In this document: positions 1 to 48,849 of the stretch, in pieces
Numbering within the stretch: position 1 is the first letter of the stretch
Layout of the letters: each line of letters starts with the position of its first letter
Origin: Podarcis bocagei
Lineage: Eukaryota
Assembly: GCA_964188305.1 (NCBI GenBank)
Contig: OZ076895.1
Strand: one strand, 5' to 3'
DNA: 64,000 nt
Position numbers and translations under genes: made by a program
The notes under the pieces: generated by a model
The model's input: the letters and a program-made list of their open reading frames with translations, nothing else
Databases searched by the model: none
What the model was told of the DNA's origin: nothing

Positions 1-205
1 AAACATTGGACCGCTTACCATACTTTTAAAATGGTCATGAGGCCATACATTGGTCTATGCATATCAACAGCTAGTCATGAGATGAGCAAACAAACATGGT
101 CCCAGGGTTTACCTGAAGCAGCATCATTTTCTACACTTCCTACTGAGACGCCACTATGTACCAAAGATTATAACAGCTGCTGAGTGTTAAATTATAGCCC
201 ATTAC

Positions 206-36973
<36,768 letters not shown>

Positions 36974-38412
36974 GGTGGTTTATAACCAGGGACCTATGAA
37001 AAGAAGAAGTTGCAATGTTATTACCTTGCCAACATTTTGACACTACAACCTTTGAGTCATCTGAAATAGGCACCAATTCCCTCACCAACACAGATTTCAA
37101 ATATTCGACCATGTTACTGCTTAAATGCCATGCAGTCATTAGAAGTAGGCTCATGTTGTCAGCTTAAACACTCTATAGAGGCAAGAACACTAGAGATGAC
37201 TGAATAGATATTTTAGGTCCTTGTAAAGGGGTTCTGAGTAGACAAGGTCATTGACTCCAAGTTGCATGCCCAGATAAACTATTCACCTATTGCTTCCCCA
37301 CAGATTCATTAGCCCCTGTGGGTCACAAATAGGCAGTGACCGGATGCATAAAAGAATCCAATTACTCAAGCAAGCAAGCAAGCAAGCTTGAAGGCACACA
37401 CAAGAAGCTGGCAACTACATATCAACACAATGTGGTAGTGCTACAATTAGCCTCCTCCCCCTAAGCCTTAACTAGACTGGGGGGGGCAGCTTCACATAGT
37501 CAAAGTGGTTTCCCCCTCAGTTAAAAACAGCTATTTAAAATGAATGGGTCACACCTGAGGAGAATAAACACGTTCTACCCCAATGAAACTGCAAAATGAT
37601 ATTAAGTTATGCCAAATCATAGGAAATACAGAGATGAAAAACTTGCTAAGGTTAATAACTTCTCAGTAGTTATGATACAACCCAATTTCTTATCAACATT
37701 TGTCAGTTCCCTGGAACAAATGTAAGATATCTCAAGAAATACTGACTAAGTCTACAGTGGTCTACAGTTATTTACAGCATACAGCAGCTATTTACAGACT
37801 GGCACCCCTAGCATGGGTAGGAAAGCAGGTATTTTTTCTTCCTATCTAGAAATTAGAATTCCTTTCTTTGCTATTACGCCTACAAATGATTAACGTGGGC
37901 CGCCAGCCTCACTCAATCCCTTGTGGCATCTGTTAATAGCCTGAAAGTAAAAGTAAAACCTCCAGGCTGGCAGGAGACTCACCCTGACTAGAGCAGGGGT
38001 GTGAGATTAGAAAAAAGTGGCTGCCAGGTAGCCACTTCTATTTTTCAACAAGGAGAAAAAAACCTCAGAACTACTTTAGGAGGTGAAAGGCAAAGTAATT
38101 TTATACTTGCCACTTTATGTGGCTCACTATGCAACACAAGTGTTCCATTGTATTAGGTATTTCAAAACCTTACAAACTTCCTGTCTCTCTGCATTGTGTG
38201 TGCATGCATACAGCTGTCAAGAACCAAGCTTTTCAGCCAGCCTTTGCACACCAGTGTCAATACTGCTGCATGCTGCTAGCCAAAGCTGCCCATGAAGACA
38301 TTTAGAATAAAAGTGGTCTCCCTACAGAGTCAACCAAGTTACAAAATAGTTGGTAAACTGCAGCAAGACTTGTTCAAGGACATACTGTGGATATACGTTT
38401 CCATTAAGCCTT

Positions 38413-38449
<37 letters not shown>

Positions 38450-38450
38450 A
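38413..38450. repeat. (AGAA)n microsatellite
   Basis: Direct reading. Confidence 0.9.
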
Positions 38451-38577
38451 AGCCATCAGTTTTATGTCACCTTAGTCTCAAAAGCAAGTATTTAGATAGC
38501 TTGCATTCACCTAAATATGCATTTACTTATGATTAACCATGCAAACAAGGCACTTTGGATTTTGCTAGAAATTGAAA

Positions 38578-38652
38578 ACATAAGAGGAGTCTGCTGGATC
38601 AGGCCAATCGCCCATCTAGTCCAACATCCTCTCACAGTGACCAACCAGATGC
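38578..38652. mobile_element. LINE (CR1-like) 3' end fragment; inverted related copy at ~63140-63215
   Basis: ACATAAGAGGAGTCTGCTGGATCAGGCCAATCGCCCATCTAGTCCAACATCC...CCAACCAGATG. Confidence 0.4.
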
Positions 38653-40611
38653 AAATTGGAAGCAATTAAACAGGAATAATGTGCTGGGGCTATATTTAAT
38701 ACAATAAAACCAATGTGAAGCTCCTACTGGCAGAATTTGCTGGAGACATCAAAAAGCAAAAAGTTACATTATGTAAAACCCAATAAAAGCTCTTCAAACA
38801 AACAAGAACTATCCTAGAGCCAAGTATTTCCAGTGATACACCATGCTTCATGATGCCTAATCATAGTGTTGGAGCCAAAAATATGCCACAGGTCTTTGCT
38901 AAAATAGGAGAAAACTCTGGTGATTTAGGTCCATAAATTTGTCACTCAGGAGCCAAAGGAAAAGGTGGGGAATAATTCATTGTACTGTATTCAGAATTGT
39001 ATCAAGGCTGGCAAGGCAACAGCTGCAGTCTAAACTTCTGCTACACAGCTTCCTGCAATTGCAACTTCCAAGAACCTAACTACTTGCCTTTTTTGGCCAT
39101 AATTGAGCAAGACACACCAGGAGAATGAGCGCTTCCAGCTGAATTTGGTTACTTTCAGTTTCATCATTTCCTGAAAACTAACTGAAGAGCTGTATAGTCA
39201 GCTTAAAATATTCTTCTATTTCTTTAGGCCCTTTCTGCTTAGAATACATCTGGCATGGTTTTGTCATTCCTCATGCCTTCAGAGAAAAAGAGTTATTTTG
39301 GGTGACAGCCTTTGAGATGCATGACATTCTGGAAATTTTACTTCCATGTCCTGTGCACAGTCTAAGTCACTAGGTATCTTCAGCAGCAAGGACCTAGCAT
39401 TGAAATTCAAATCCCATAAGCCCCTGGTACAGCCATGGGGGAATATTAAACATGCTCCTGAGCACACACCAAATTCACACAGAAGGTGGCAAGACTGAAA
39501 AGACCTAGCCAGCATAAGGAGAGAAAGAACCTTGGAGTGTTTTCAGAATCCGCTTTAGTTCACAGGGCTTCTGTGAAAGACAAATCTATGTGTTCCTTGA
39601 CTACAGGACATTTGAAAACCAAAAAAGGAACTATTAATGTCTGTCATTACTAAATGCAAAAAGAAGAGTGCAAACAACAGAGTAAGGGTGGGACAATGTC
39701 TATAAGATGAACAGCAAGGGACCAAGAAAAGGAAAAATGTTAGACCTTCCTTAAGTCACACATATGATGATCTAGTAGAGACTGTAAGCTTTAACAGGAA
39801 ATGGCAACAGGCCAGTTGTAGGATGTGAATAAGTTCACACCACATCCTGACAGCAATTATCAGCAGTACACCAAGTGACACACACTAGTTATCATACACC
39901 CTAACTGAACCAATTGCCCCTTTATGCTGTCACAACTATGAGTTCTCTCCATGGAATAACTTGGATTCTGTACTTATTTTTCTTTCTTTCTTTATGCCCA
40001 TTTTGTTATTGGTTGTCACCTGTTAAATATATTTTTAAAAAATGCATTATTAAAAACAACTATGTTACCTAATTTAGTGTTCCATACTTAGCGAAAGTCA
40101 GCTGTAGCACAGGTCCGTATTGTCTACTTCCAGAAAAGGTAACTTATTAAACACTGAATGTGTGCTGGAAAAATGCTGAGAGATCAAAGACTGCACCTTA
40201 TCGGTATCATTAACATGAACTGCACATCACTTTATCAGCATTATGAGCTGTGAAAAGGTACCACATTTTAACCAACTGTTGGATGTTTATCACAGGAAAC
40301 ACTTTTCAACCATACAAGTCCACTTGAACAGAATTGCTTTTGGGACTCTGCCATTGCTCAACAAGGTCAGTAAATTAATATAAAAGACCATAAGCAACAA
40401 ATCTGCTTAACAAACAGGAAATTTGGTCTCAGACTGATGGGGGTATGGTACTTGAATGTGTCCAATGAATATTATGTCTGCTTTCAAGAAAATTATATTT
40501 TATATTACACACACACACACACGGCATAGGATTTAGTTAAAGGGGGTGGAATAACTGTTCAAGTTCACAGCACACATTTATTTGTAGCACATCATATTTT
40601 CCCCTTCTTCC

Positions 40612-40636
40612 TTTTTTTTTTTTTTTTTTTTTTTTT
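40612..40636. repeat. poly(T) tract (~25 nt)
   Basis: Direct reading. Confidence 0.9.
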
Positions 40637-43600
40637 GCTTGCTAGTGATGCTGCTCCATTTTTATCAATGCAGAACAGATTTTTGACCATTTGCTAGTTA
40701 ATGTATTTTTCAGGAATTTTCTTTCAACTTAAAGCAGCTTTCCCTACCTGATGCCCCCCAGAGGTTTTGGACAAAGATTCTCAACAACCCTGACCATGAC
40801 CATGTTGGAGGGCACTGGGTTGAGGAGTGCTCTCCCAGCGCTATTTTTTTATTTTATTTTTTTGAATGGAAGCCAAGTTTCTTAAGATGTTAAAGGTGCA
40901 CAGACTCCCCAATGGAGGAGCTGCTGAATCCCCTGCTCTAAGCAAGCATTATCTTACTGGATACCTCCTGCTGTACAATAAGATGATACAAGTTAGTGGA
41001 AGCCAACATAAATGTTAAACTGAACAGTAAAACTCAACTAAGAAAGAAGTTTGGGTCCACTATGCAGAATCCAGCTTGTTCCTAGAACTGATCTGCTAAT
41101 TACAGATATGGCATCAACATCTGCAGTCATGGCAGAACGCTAAACAGCAAGAGTATTGGGCAGGTAGCCACCCCTTTGATGTTGAAAGAGACCATAATGA
41201 GATTTGCTGGAGCACATGCAACAGCAGAAGTTTGGGAGAGACTCTTTCCTGTGCTCCTGCCCACTGGGCTCTTTACCATTCTATTGTAAAGCTGGGCTAG
41301 TTACAGGTGTGTGGTCCCTGTTACCATCCAGACTTTGATTCAGTCATATCGAAGACATCTAGAAGCAACTCAGATCATCTCAAGCACGTAGGGTTAAGGG
41401 AGACTGTAGGGCGTTTCAGCATTCTCAGAGCAAACATTTCTTTCTCACATGAGCAAAAAAACATTTCAAATGAAGCACCTTCACCTTCCTTTACTCATAA
41501 TATTGTAGTGTACCACAGCCACAGTCCTTTCAGTATAGATGTGAAGTGAAGACAATGGGAAAGGTGAGAGGAGTTGCATCTTAGTCTAGCCATGCATGCA
41601 GACATTACAAAAGTTAATTAACACCATAATCAGCCATGGGAGGGAATACAAATGCAGCCTCTGTGGTGCATATATTTGATGGAGGCACATGGCAGGAATG
41701 GGCAAACTTTGAAACACCCCACACAGATGCTGCTGCACTACAGCCTTGACCACTGGACTATGTCAACTAGGGTTGATGGGACTTTGAGCCCAACAACATC
41801 TGGAAGGCCACAGGTTCCGCATCCCTGCTCCAAAGAGTCACATATATTCCCAGTAATCCTTACAGTCACCTTGTTAGGGTAGGTTGTTGTTCTCCTATTT
41901 AAAATGGGAAGTCAAGAGAACACAGAACTGTATAAGAGCCAAACTGGTCATGACAACAGCAGACTCATGCATGACTACCAAATTCTAACAGAAGGTGGAA
42001 AGTGAACTCTTCTTACTAAATCACCTCCCCCAATATGTTCCCCCTTGCTGCAAAGGGTAAAAGCAGCTTGCGCAAGAAGAGTGTGGTAACAGTAAGGATT
42101 TGGCAAACGTCTCACCCAGCCATAACACAGAGTTGCGACACACAATTAGTATTCTGCAGAATCTGAGCTGCACTGTGCCACCTACTGGGTACGTAACCAA
42201 ATGATGGCTTTCGAACCAGGGATTTCCTAGTTCACCAGCGCCCCACCCACCTTCCCATAGTTATACCATGCACCCCACACACTATGGAACCTGCATCTCT
42301 ATTTTAGGGAACATTTCAATACACTATTTGCTGAACATGCACAAGAGATCCTTTCTCAACTCCTGAGCTTTCTACAGGATCCAGGTGTTTCAGATGAAGG
42401 TTGACAACTGAATACACCATCTGCACCACAAGACTGGGAAGGAGAGGGTGAGATACAGTCTACCTTTCAGGAATCTAGACATTCCATTTGCTGAACCCTT
42501 TCTGCAGGATTTCTAGTATTAAAGGTTTGTGAGAACCTGCCCCCTGAAAAAAAGTGAAGCTTCCTTTAGGCTTCAGAAGCATCTGGAAAAACAGGACACA
42601 CTGCTTGCCGTTTATTTCTCCAGTACTATTTGTATTACCCCCTTGGCCTACTGTTTACTTTATCAGTGGCCACAGAATTGCTTTTGGGACTCTGCCATTG
42701 CTCATCAAGGTCAGCACATTAATATAAAAGAGTATAAGCAGAAAGACTGCTTAACAAACAGGAAATTTTGTCTCTAAATGACCATGCTACTTGAATGTAT
42801 CCAATGAATATTAACCCACACAGTTTTTCCTGATTTAAGCATTGCACACTCTTGCAAATAGGTAACTGCACAGCATGCCCCAGGCAAAGTTGCTGGAGAG
42901 TGAGAAGACAATAACCTTTTCAGTTGTAGTTAAAGCCTCATCTTCAGGGAAAGATGACAGTTCATTTTTACCCGTTTGGAGTATTTAACTATTGAGCCCT
43001 AATATGACCTAAGCAGTTAGTTCTTTCCCACCTAAATCAAATGCAAAGCCTTGCAACAGAATAGCCCAAATGAAGTCTGTAATGAAATTTCTGGGGGAAA
43101 GTTGTTCCCAGAGTTATACTGCACTTTGTTCTGATAGAACCAAGCTTCTATTGCTCAAGCAGTCTGAGCACGGTTTGCTCAAGTGTAAGGGGGAGGGGGA
43201 AGCAGTAAGATATAATTACACAGCAAATGCTACCTAACTGGTAAGTGCAGTGTGTAGGTTAAGCAAGGGGTGAGGTGGTGAAAGTGCACTATGTGATCAT
43301 GATCTCAAACCTATTGCTTACAGGACAAAGCCCGATTCACTGGGTATTCTCCTGAATCTGTGGGGAAACTGAGCCTCTGATTCTCAGGAGCAACACATTC
43401 AATTACTCTCAAAATCTGAAGCACACAAACTACGGTACTTAAAGACAGAGGCATGTAGAAACTTATACAGCTTATAAAGATGTTTGAGCTTCATTTGTCA
43501 AACATTGTAAAAGCAAATTCATGTCTCACATTTCCTTTGGACATGCAAAGTTGTCATCTGAAGTCTTTATGCCCAATTTTCTCCAATTTAATTGTACGTG

Positions 43601-44094
43601 GGGGCATTGCTGTATTCCCCATACCTGTGCATTCTGTAACACAGAGCAATTGAAGCAGAGAAATCTGTTGAAAGTACTCAGTGATTAATTGAGGTGACAA
43701 GTACGGCAGTACACTCCTTGACTTTTGAAATTATGAAATGAGAGGCACTCTGATTAGCAATATCCTGTTGCTGATGTTGCGCAGTAAAAAAGGAGTCAGA
43801 GCAACTGAAAATTAGTTGCAAGATCAAAATTGAATGCTGAGTTGGGAGAACCACATTATAACACAAGTGAGAAGCCAGAGGGCTCTATAGTTCACAAGTT
43901 CAAGTTGCTCCTCATACAGGCACAGCCTTTGTTTCAATGATAAGTATTTCACAACACTCACATACACACACACTTTTTTATAAAAGCAATGTTAACTGCA
44001 ATGAGGCGCCTTTCTGTGACAATGGGAAAAAAATAACTGTCAAGGCTTTCACACAAACTAAATATGGTGTGTCACAATAATACTTGATATGCAG

Positions 44095-44178
44095 TGCAAT
44101 CCTATACAGGTTTACTCAGAAGCAAGGTCCAGTGAGTTGAGTGGAACTAATACCTAGGTAAGTAAGCATAGGATTGCA
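44095..44178. repeat. Short palindromic interspersed repeat (other copies at ~2464-2553 and ~56780-56865)
   Basis: TGCAATCCTAT...ATAGGATTGCA 11-bp inverted ends; TTTACTCAGAAG core. Confidence 0.55.
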
Positions 44179-44942
44179 GCCTCAAGTAACTGTTAAAGTC
44201 TCTCTCTCCAGGAATCTGAGCTCTTTCTCAACATTCAAGTAGTCTCCTTTTTTTTTTTTTTTTTTGCAGCTGTATGGTACTTGGATGCACTACTTCAGAG
44301 CACTCATTTTTAAGTTTAGTTTATTATCCCAGGGTACAGGGCTGCCACCACTCAAAAAATATGAACTGCATTATTCACTTGGTGTCAAGCAAGTTCTGCA
44401 CTAAGGAAATATAAATTGTATATGCCACAACACGAAATACGTGTGAAAATTTAACTGGCATAAACCTCTTGGTATCAGTGTGGTTGCAAGGGAGGGTCCA
44501 CAAATTACCTATATTGGAAAGACAGTAGCAATTCTGCCATTTTACGTACAAACAGAAGATGCAACCCAAGCCATATGGTTCACATGTTAAGATTATCCCC
44601 ATATTCTGGCCCTATTGGTTGCAACTGTTAACACAAAATTAACAGACTCTTCTTAAAAGTTCCACATCACTTTAAATTTAGAAGTCATCTTTCTCTTCAT
44701 AATGAATTGTTCGGCTTTTGCTGCTTCCCAATTCTTAGATTAAATAATTATATTATTTAACCATTTCCTTCTTCCACTCTTCCCGACTCACCTCTACAGG
44801 ACTTGAGGAATGCCAGCTGCAGACCAACAAGTCATTACTAGTCTCTGTATGGTATCAAAGGGAAACATTCTTATAACAGGAGGCAAGGGAAACCCATGAT
44901 TGGGCTTTTCTTCTCAGAAGGCTTGCGACTGGTTAACTAGAG

Positions 44943-45461
44943 CAGTGTTTCCCAACCGGTGTTCCGCGGCACACTACTGTGCCGTGAGACATCGGCTGGT
45001 GTGCCGTGGGAGGGAGGCGGGCAAGAGGCGGCGGCGGCGAGGATCCGGCGGGGGTGGGGGGAGCGGGGGCCGTCGCGCGCAACCGAACTCACTTGGCGCG
45101 CTGCCGGCTTGTCCTCCTTCAACCCGGGTCGGGCCAGGCCTGCTCACGTCCCCGGGTCCCCTAGCAGCAGCAGCAGCAGCAGCAGCCATAACAACAACAA
45201 TGATCTCAAGCCCCGCCGCCGCCCCCTCCTCCGCCCGCTATCGCAGCCGCCGCCGCCTCAGCTGCCGCCGCCCCTCAATCCCTCGCTCTGCTGCCTCCTC
45301 CCACCCCGGCAAGGGGGAGGGAAAAAACTCACTTTTGTGCGTCCCTCCCGGCGTGACGCTGCGCGCTGACGTCACGGGGCGGGGCTTTAATGGTGGTGTG
45401 CCGCGAGATTTTTTTCCGATAAACAGGTGTGCCGTTGCCCCAAAACGTTTGGGAAACACTG
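44943..45461. mobile_element. Non-autonomous hAT (Buster/Charlie-type) element with CpG-rich cargo
   Basis: TIR CAGTGTTTCCCAA at both ends; perfect 8-bp TSD AACTAGAG (44935-44942 / 45462-45469) with central TA; subterminal (G)TGTGCCG motifs at both ends. Confidence 0.9.
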
Positions 45462-47659
45462 AACTAGAGAGCCCATGCAAACTTAGATGGGCTCGTGGTT
45501 ACAACAGAAACAGAAGTACCCATGCAAACAGATTAGGATATTGGGGGGTGGGGCGGGGTACTACTGCCAAGGCAAAATACTTTGCATTCAAAGCTAGGAA
45601 AGCTATTTGCACAATTGTATTTCTTAAGAATCATGTTTTGCCCTTAATCATGTTTTGTCTTACCACCCTTTCCCCACACAATCACCATTGCTGAAATACA
45701 GAAGTGCAATGGCAGGGGTGGAAAAGTGGTATGGAAACGCCACAGTAGTGACAGGCCATTCCTGCCATTACAAACCAACTGCAGAATTAAGTCCTAGGAC
45801 ACGTTGCACTCAAGAGTGAAGCTGATATTAATTAGTTCAGCTTACAGAGTATGGGAACTGGTGCATGGAAATAGCATATTGTGTTATGGGGAGGGGTGTA
45901 GAGGTGGTTATTAGTTTCAAACTCCATCTGCAGCACACTTAAGCCCAACTGGCAGCAACCCAAAGCTTAAAAAGTTTGGAATATATCTTATTCCAAGCTA
46001 AATGTAGCATAGTATGCTTTCTGAAACTGTTGTTTCCTATTACCATGTGTGCAGTACATGCCTTCTCAGCATAGGAAAGAGACAGCAGTGGCTTCAGAGA
46101 CTCCAGCCCAGCCCTGCTGCTCAAAGGGTTTGGTTTAGAGTTCACCATGTCTCCCTGGGCAACAGGATCTTAAGAGACAGGCCTGGGACATTGCACAAGA
46201 TGACAATATTGAAGCAAAAGTTCCTATCCCCGCAGGCTTTGAGTGCTCAGCATAGGAGCCCAAAGTACTGCCAACAATACCTCCACAGCAGATCAGAGCC
46301 AATAACTAAACGCTTCCCTGCTGTGCCCCAGGTAGAAACACTATTCCCATTTACTTAGATTTGAAAGCAAGGCTGCCTCTTCTGCTGGTTTTACCATTCC
46401 AGTCGAGTTCATGCAAGACGTATGTCAGAGTCAACACCCCTCCCATCTATGATCATGCCTTCTCATTCTTTCACGGACTCTGCAATTTGCATCAATGCTA
46501 AGCTTCTTTCTTCTAAAGCACTCTCTCTTCATGGACATTTCTTCTGTATCATCTTTCTGGTCCACAATTAAGTGCAAAAGCCTGATACCTGACACAAGCA
46601 GCAGTAGCTCCTTCTCTCTGAACGCAGACCACCACTATCCCAGGAGCAGACAGAAAAGTAGGGCAAGTGGTTTCTAATGGATCAAGAGCAGGAAGGAGGA
46701 GGCTGTTGGCATGCCCCACAAGTGATTTTCTTCATGAATTGAATTCATTTCTATCTGAGGGCCAGGATAGGACCAAAGCAGATCCAACATTAGTACTGTC
46801 TGGCTCAGATTGGAACAAGGATCTGCCGCACCCTCAACAACCTTTTTTTTTAAAAAATGCCACTGATCCTGAACTTCTCGTGACCACAAAGGAAACAAGC
46901 TAATAATTGTCCATGATCAGGAATCTATGGCTACACCATTGCCTTTTCATGTTGTAATGATAATCCCTCATTTCCTGCTCCATTATGAGTTTTATAAGGT
47001 CTGGCAATTTGGCTAAAGTGACAGCTAGTTTCATAGGAAAGCCAGCCTCAGGCTCTTGGGACTATAACTATCTATAACTATTTTTAATCACTAGTTCTAG
47101 ATAGCAGCAGCAGCAGCTCTGAACATTCAGTGTCATCAGAGTATCTTAAGCAACTAAAGCTCTCCAAAATTTCAATACAGAATTATAATCATATACAACT
47201 TTTTAAAAGCCTTGTGACCACCTACTCAGAAATGTTACCTATCCCTTTGGCACAGCCCTTTGCCATCTGCCAGCACTACTTTCCTTGGATGTTCCCTTAT
47301 CCAAAAGCAAGTGTTGGTCCAACACAAAGGAGAAATGTTGTGCACAAACAAAGACATTCCAGCGACCATTCCTGGCCCAGCCTCCCTTCTTTACTGCATG
47401 CCCCTGGACACAAACAAATGGGCTAAACTGAAGTTGCAAGCTTGTTTTTAAGATAACCTAAAGGCCATAAACAGCTTGGGAGCCTCCAATAAAGAAATGC
47501 TTGTAACTGGGACTGCTGAAGACATAGGTGAAAGGTAAAAAGTTAGCTAGTCACTTTTCAGCCATGTTTTGTCAAACGTCTACTTCTAGAGAACAGTTTA
47601 TGAACATTAGGTAGTACAAGATTCCCTAGACCTGCCTTCCTTCCCCAGTCTGGTACCCT

Positions 47660-48378
47660 CCATATGTTTTGGACTATGGTACATCTCCTGATCTGGAGGC
47701 TGGGGGTGGGAGAAGCAAGCCTGCTTCTCCCCCCCACCAGCCCCACAACCTCCAGGCTTCAGGAGAGCCCCACCGCCAGCCCCACAAGCTCGGGGGACAG
47801 CGGGAGAGGCGCAGCGCGCCCTTCCCGCTGTCCCCCGACTTGGTTAGAAGGCTGGCGGGGGGAGAAGCCTGCTCCTCCCCGTCGCCAGCCCCGCAAACTC
47901 AGGGGACAGCGGGAGAGGCGCAGCGCGCCTTTGCCGCTGTCCCCTGACTTGTCTAGAAGGCTGGTGGGGGGAGAAGCCTGCTCCTCCCCGTCGCCAGCCC
48001 CGCAAACTCGGGAGACAGCGGCAGGGGTCAGCGCGCCATTCCCGCTGTCCCCCGACTTGGTTAGAAGGCTGGCGGGGGGAGAAGCCTGCTCCTCCCCGTC
48101 GCCAGCCCCGCAAACTCGGGAGACAGTGGCAGGGGCGCAGCGCGCCCTTCCCGCTGTCCCCCGACTTGGTTAGAAGGCTGGCCCAGCCCCGCAAACTCGG
48201 GGGACAGCGGGAGAGGCGCAGCGCGCCATCCCGCTGTCTCCCGACATGGTTTGGAGGCTGGCGGAAGGCTTCCTCCTCCCCCAGCCCCGCAAGCTCCCAG
48301 AGCGATGCCTTTATTTCCCCCCCCCCAAATCTAGGTGCGTCCTATGGACCGGTGCGTCCAATAGTCCGAAAAATACGG
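47660..48378. mobile_element. Tc/mariner-like (Tc2/pogo-type ends) non-autonomous element containing a GC-rich minisatellite
   Basis: Right end ATAGTCCGAAAAATACGG|TA; left end CCATATGTTTTGGACTAT matches its reverse complement at 15/18. Confidence 0.65.
47775..48297. repeat. ~109-bp tandem repeat, ~5 units
   Basis: CCCC(G/A)CAA anchor recurs at 47780, 47889, 47998, 48106, 48187 (unit 4 internally deleted) and again near 48285. Confidence 0.9.
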
Positions 48379-48503
48379 TAATTGGTGTATGGATAAACAA
48401 GATAGCCCTATATAGCATACTGTCTTAGGCTTGGGTAAACTTGAGTGTGCTGTGACTTTTCCCATTTCCTCAAAATACACAGGGAAGCAGTGTTTGCAGG
48501 ATA

Positions 48504-48849
48504 AAAGGTAAAGGGACCCCTGACCATTAGGTCCAGTTGCGGACGACTCTGGGGTTGCGGCGCTCATCTCGCTTTATTGACCGAGGGAGCCGGCGTACAG
48601 CTTCCGGGTCATGTGGCCAGCATGACTAAGCCACTTCTGGCGAACCAGAGCAGCGCATGGAAATGCTGTTTACCTTTCCACCAAAGCGGTACCTATTTAT
48701 CTACTTGCACTTTGACGTGCTTTCGAACTGCTAGGTTGGCAGGAGCAGGGACTGAGCAACAGGAGCTCACCTCATCGCGGGGATTTGAACCGCCGACCTT
48801 CTGATTGGCAATCCCTAGGCTCTGTGGTTTAACCCACAGCGCCACCCGC
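48504..48849 (-). mobile_element. Sauria SINE, nearly full length
   Basis: Homologous to 33668-34014; flanking direct repeat GCAGGATA (48496-48503 / 48848-48855). Confidence 0.88.

Noticed and set aside
44900-45694. Longest ORF in the track (264 aa, + strand) and overlapping ORFs
   Set aside because: Low-complexity product of the GC-rich hAT cargo; it runs across both TE borders and has no transposase motifs.
47664-48194. 169-aa and 116-aa ORFs with repeated peptides
   Set aside because: Translation of the 109-bp minisatellite.
47775-48297. CRISPR-like appearance of palindromic repeats
   Set aside because: Contiguous tandem units with no unique spacers, in a vertebrate intron.
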